The notes beneath the pieces are model-generated. The model was not told the origin of the DNA. It searched no databases and was given only the letters and a program-made list of their open reading frames with translations. Positions 64,000 through 64,000 of a stretch of DNA of 64,000 nucleotides are shown here, one piece after another. This DNA is from Deferrisomatales bacterium (GTDB lineage: Bacteria; Desulfobacterota; Deferrisomatia; Deferrisomatales; JACRMM01): contig JAWSUI010000001.1 in assembly GCA_033551855.1 (NCBI GenBank), positions 186,691 through 250,690 on the forward strand, read 5' to 3'. Numbering within the stretch: the first letter of the stretch is position 1; every line of letters begins with the position of its first letter. The translations under genes and the position numbers were made by a program.

Positions 64000-64000
64000 C

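Noticed and set aside
63958..64000. GGCACGGCTGAAA... as a possible IS terminal repeat interrupting the last ORF
   Set aside because: At the window edge with no transposase or partner repeat visible; cannot be supported.

Overview
High-GC bacterial chromosomal segment. Gene content suggests an anaerobic, cytochrome-rich deltaproteobacterium (Desulfobacterota/Deferrisoma-like); this taxonomy is inference. Left to right: a partial multiheme cytochrome c lipoprotein and a two-component system, divergent from a narC-G-H-J-I-K-K nitrate reductase operon; rhodanese, a small conserved protein and a sigma54-driven PII gene; a ~19 kb butyrate/isobutyrate oxidation cluster (XRE regulator, thiolase, hbd, crt, bcd, etfBA, Etf-linked membrane FeS oxidoreductase, a five-gene cytochrome/NrfC/NrfD/Mo-like redox module, a second acyl-CoA dehydrogenase, isobutyryl-CoA mutase-type subunits, meaB); small genes including cspA; a Cache-type sensor kinase/sigma54 activator pair preceding a quinohemoprotein amine dehydrogenase (qhp) operon; tRNA-Val, sppA, a globin-coupled kinase, groESL with CIRCE, a tandem GAPDH pair; and a tRNA-Asp 3' half marking the edge of an integrated element. 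Top finding: the qhp operon lacks the O2-dependent FAD monooxygenase QhpG and instead carries a translationally coupled UbiV-like/UbiU-like (peptidase U32) Fe-S protein pair plus an AOR, suggesting an O2-independent route to the CTQ cofactor. Second: two ~91% identical, inverted 209-nt structured non-coding elements, each downstream of a sigma70 promoter, that look like an unannotated ncRNA (possibly raiA-motif-like).
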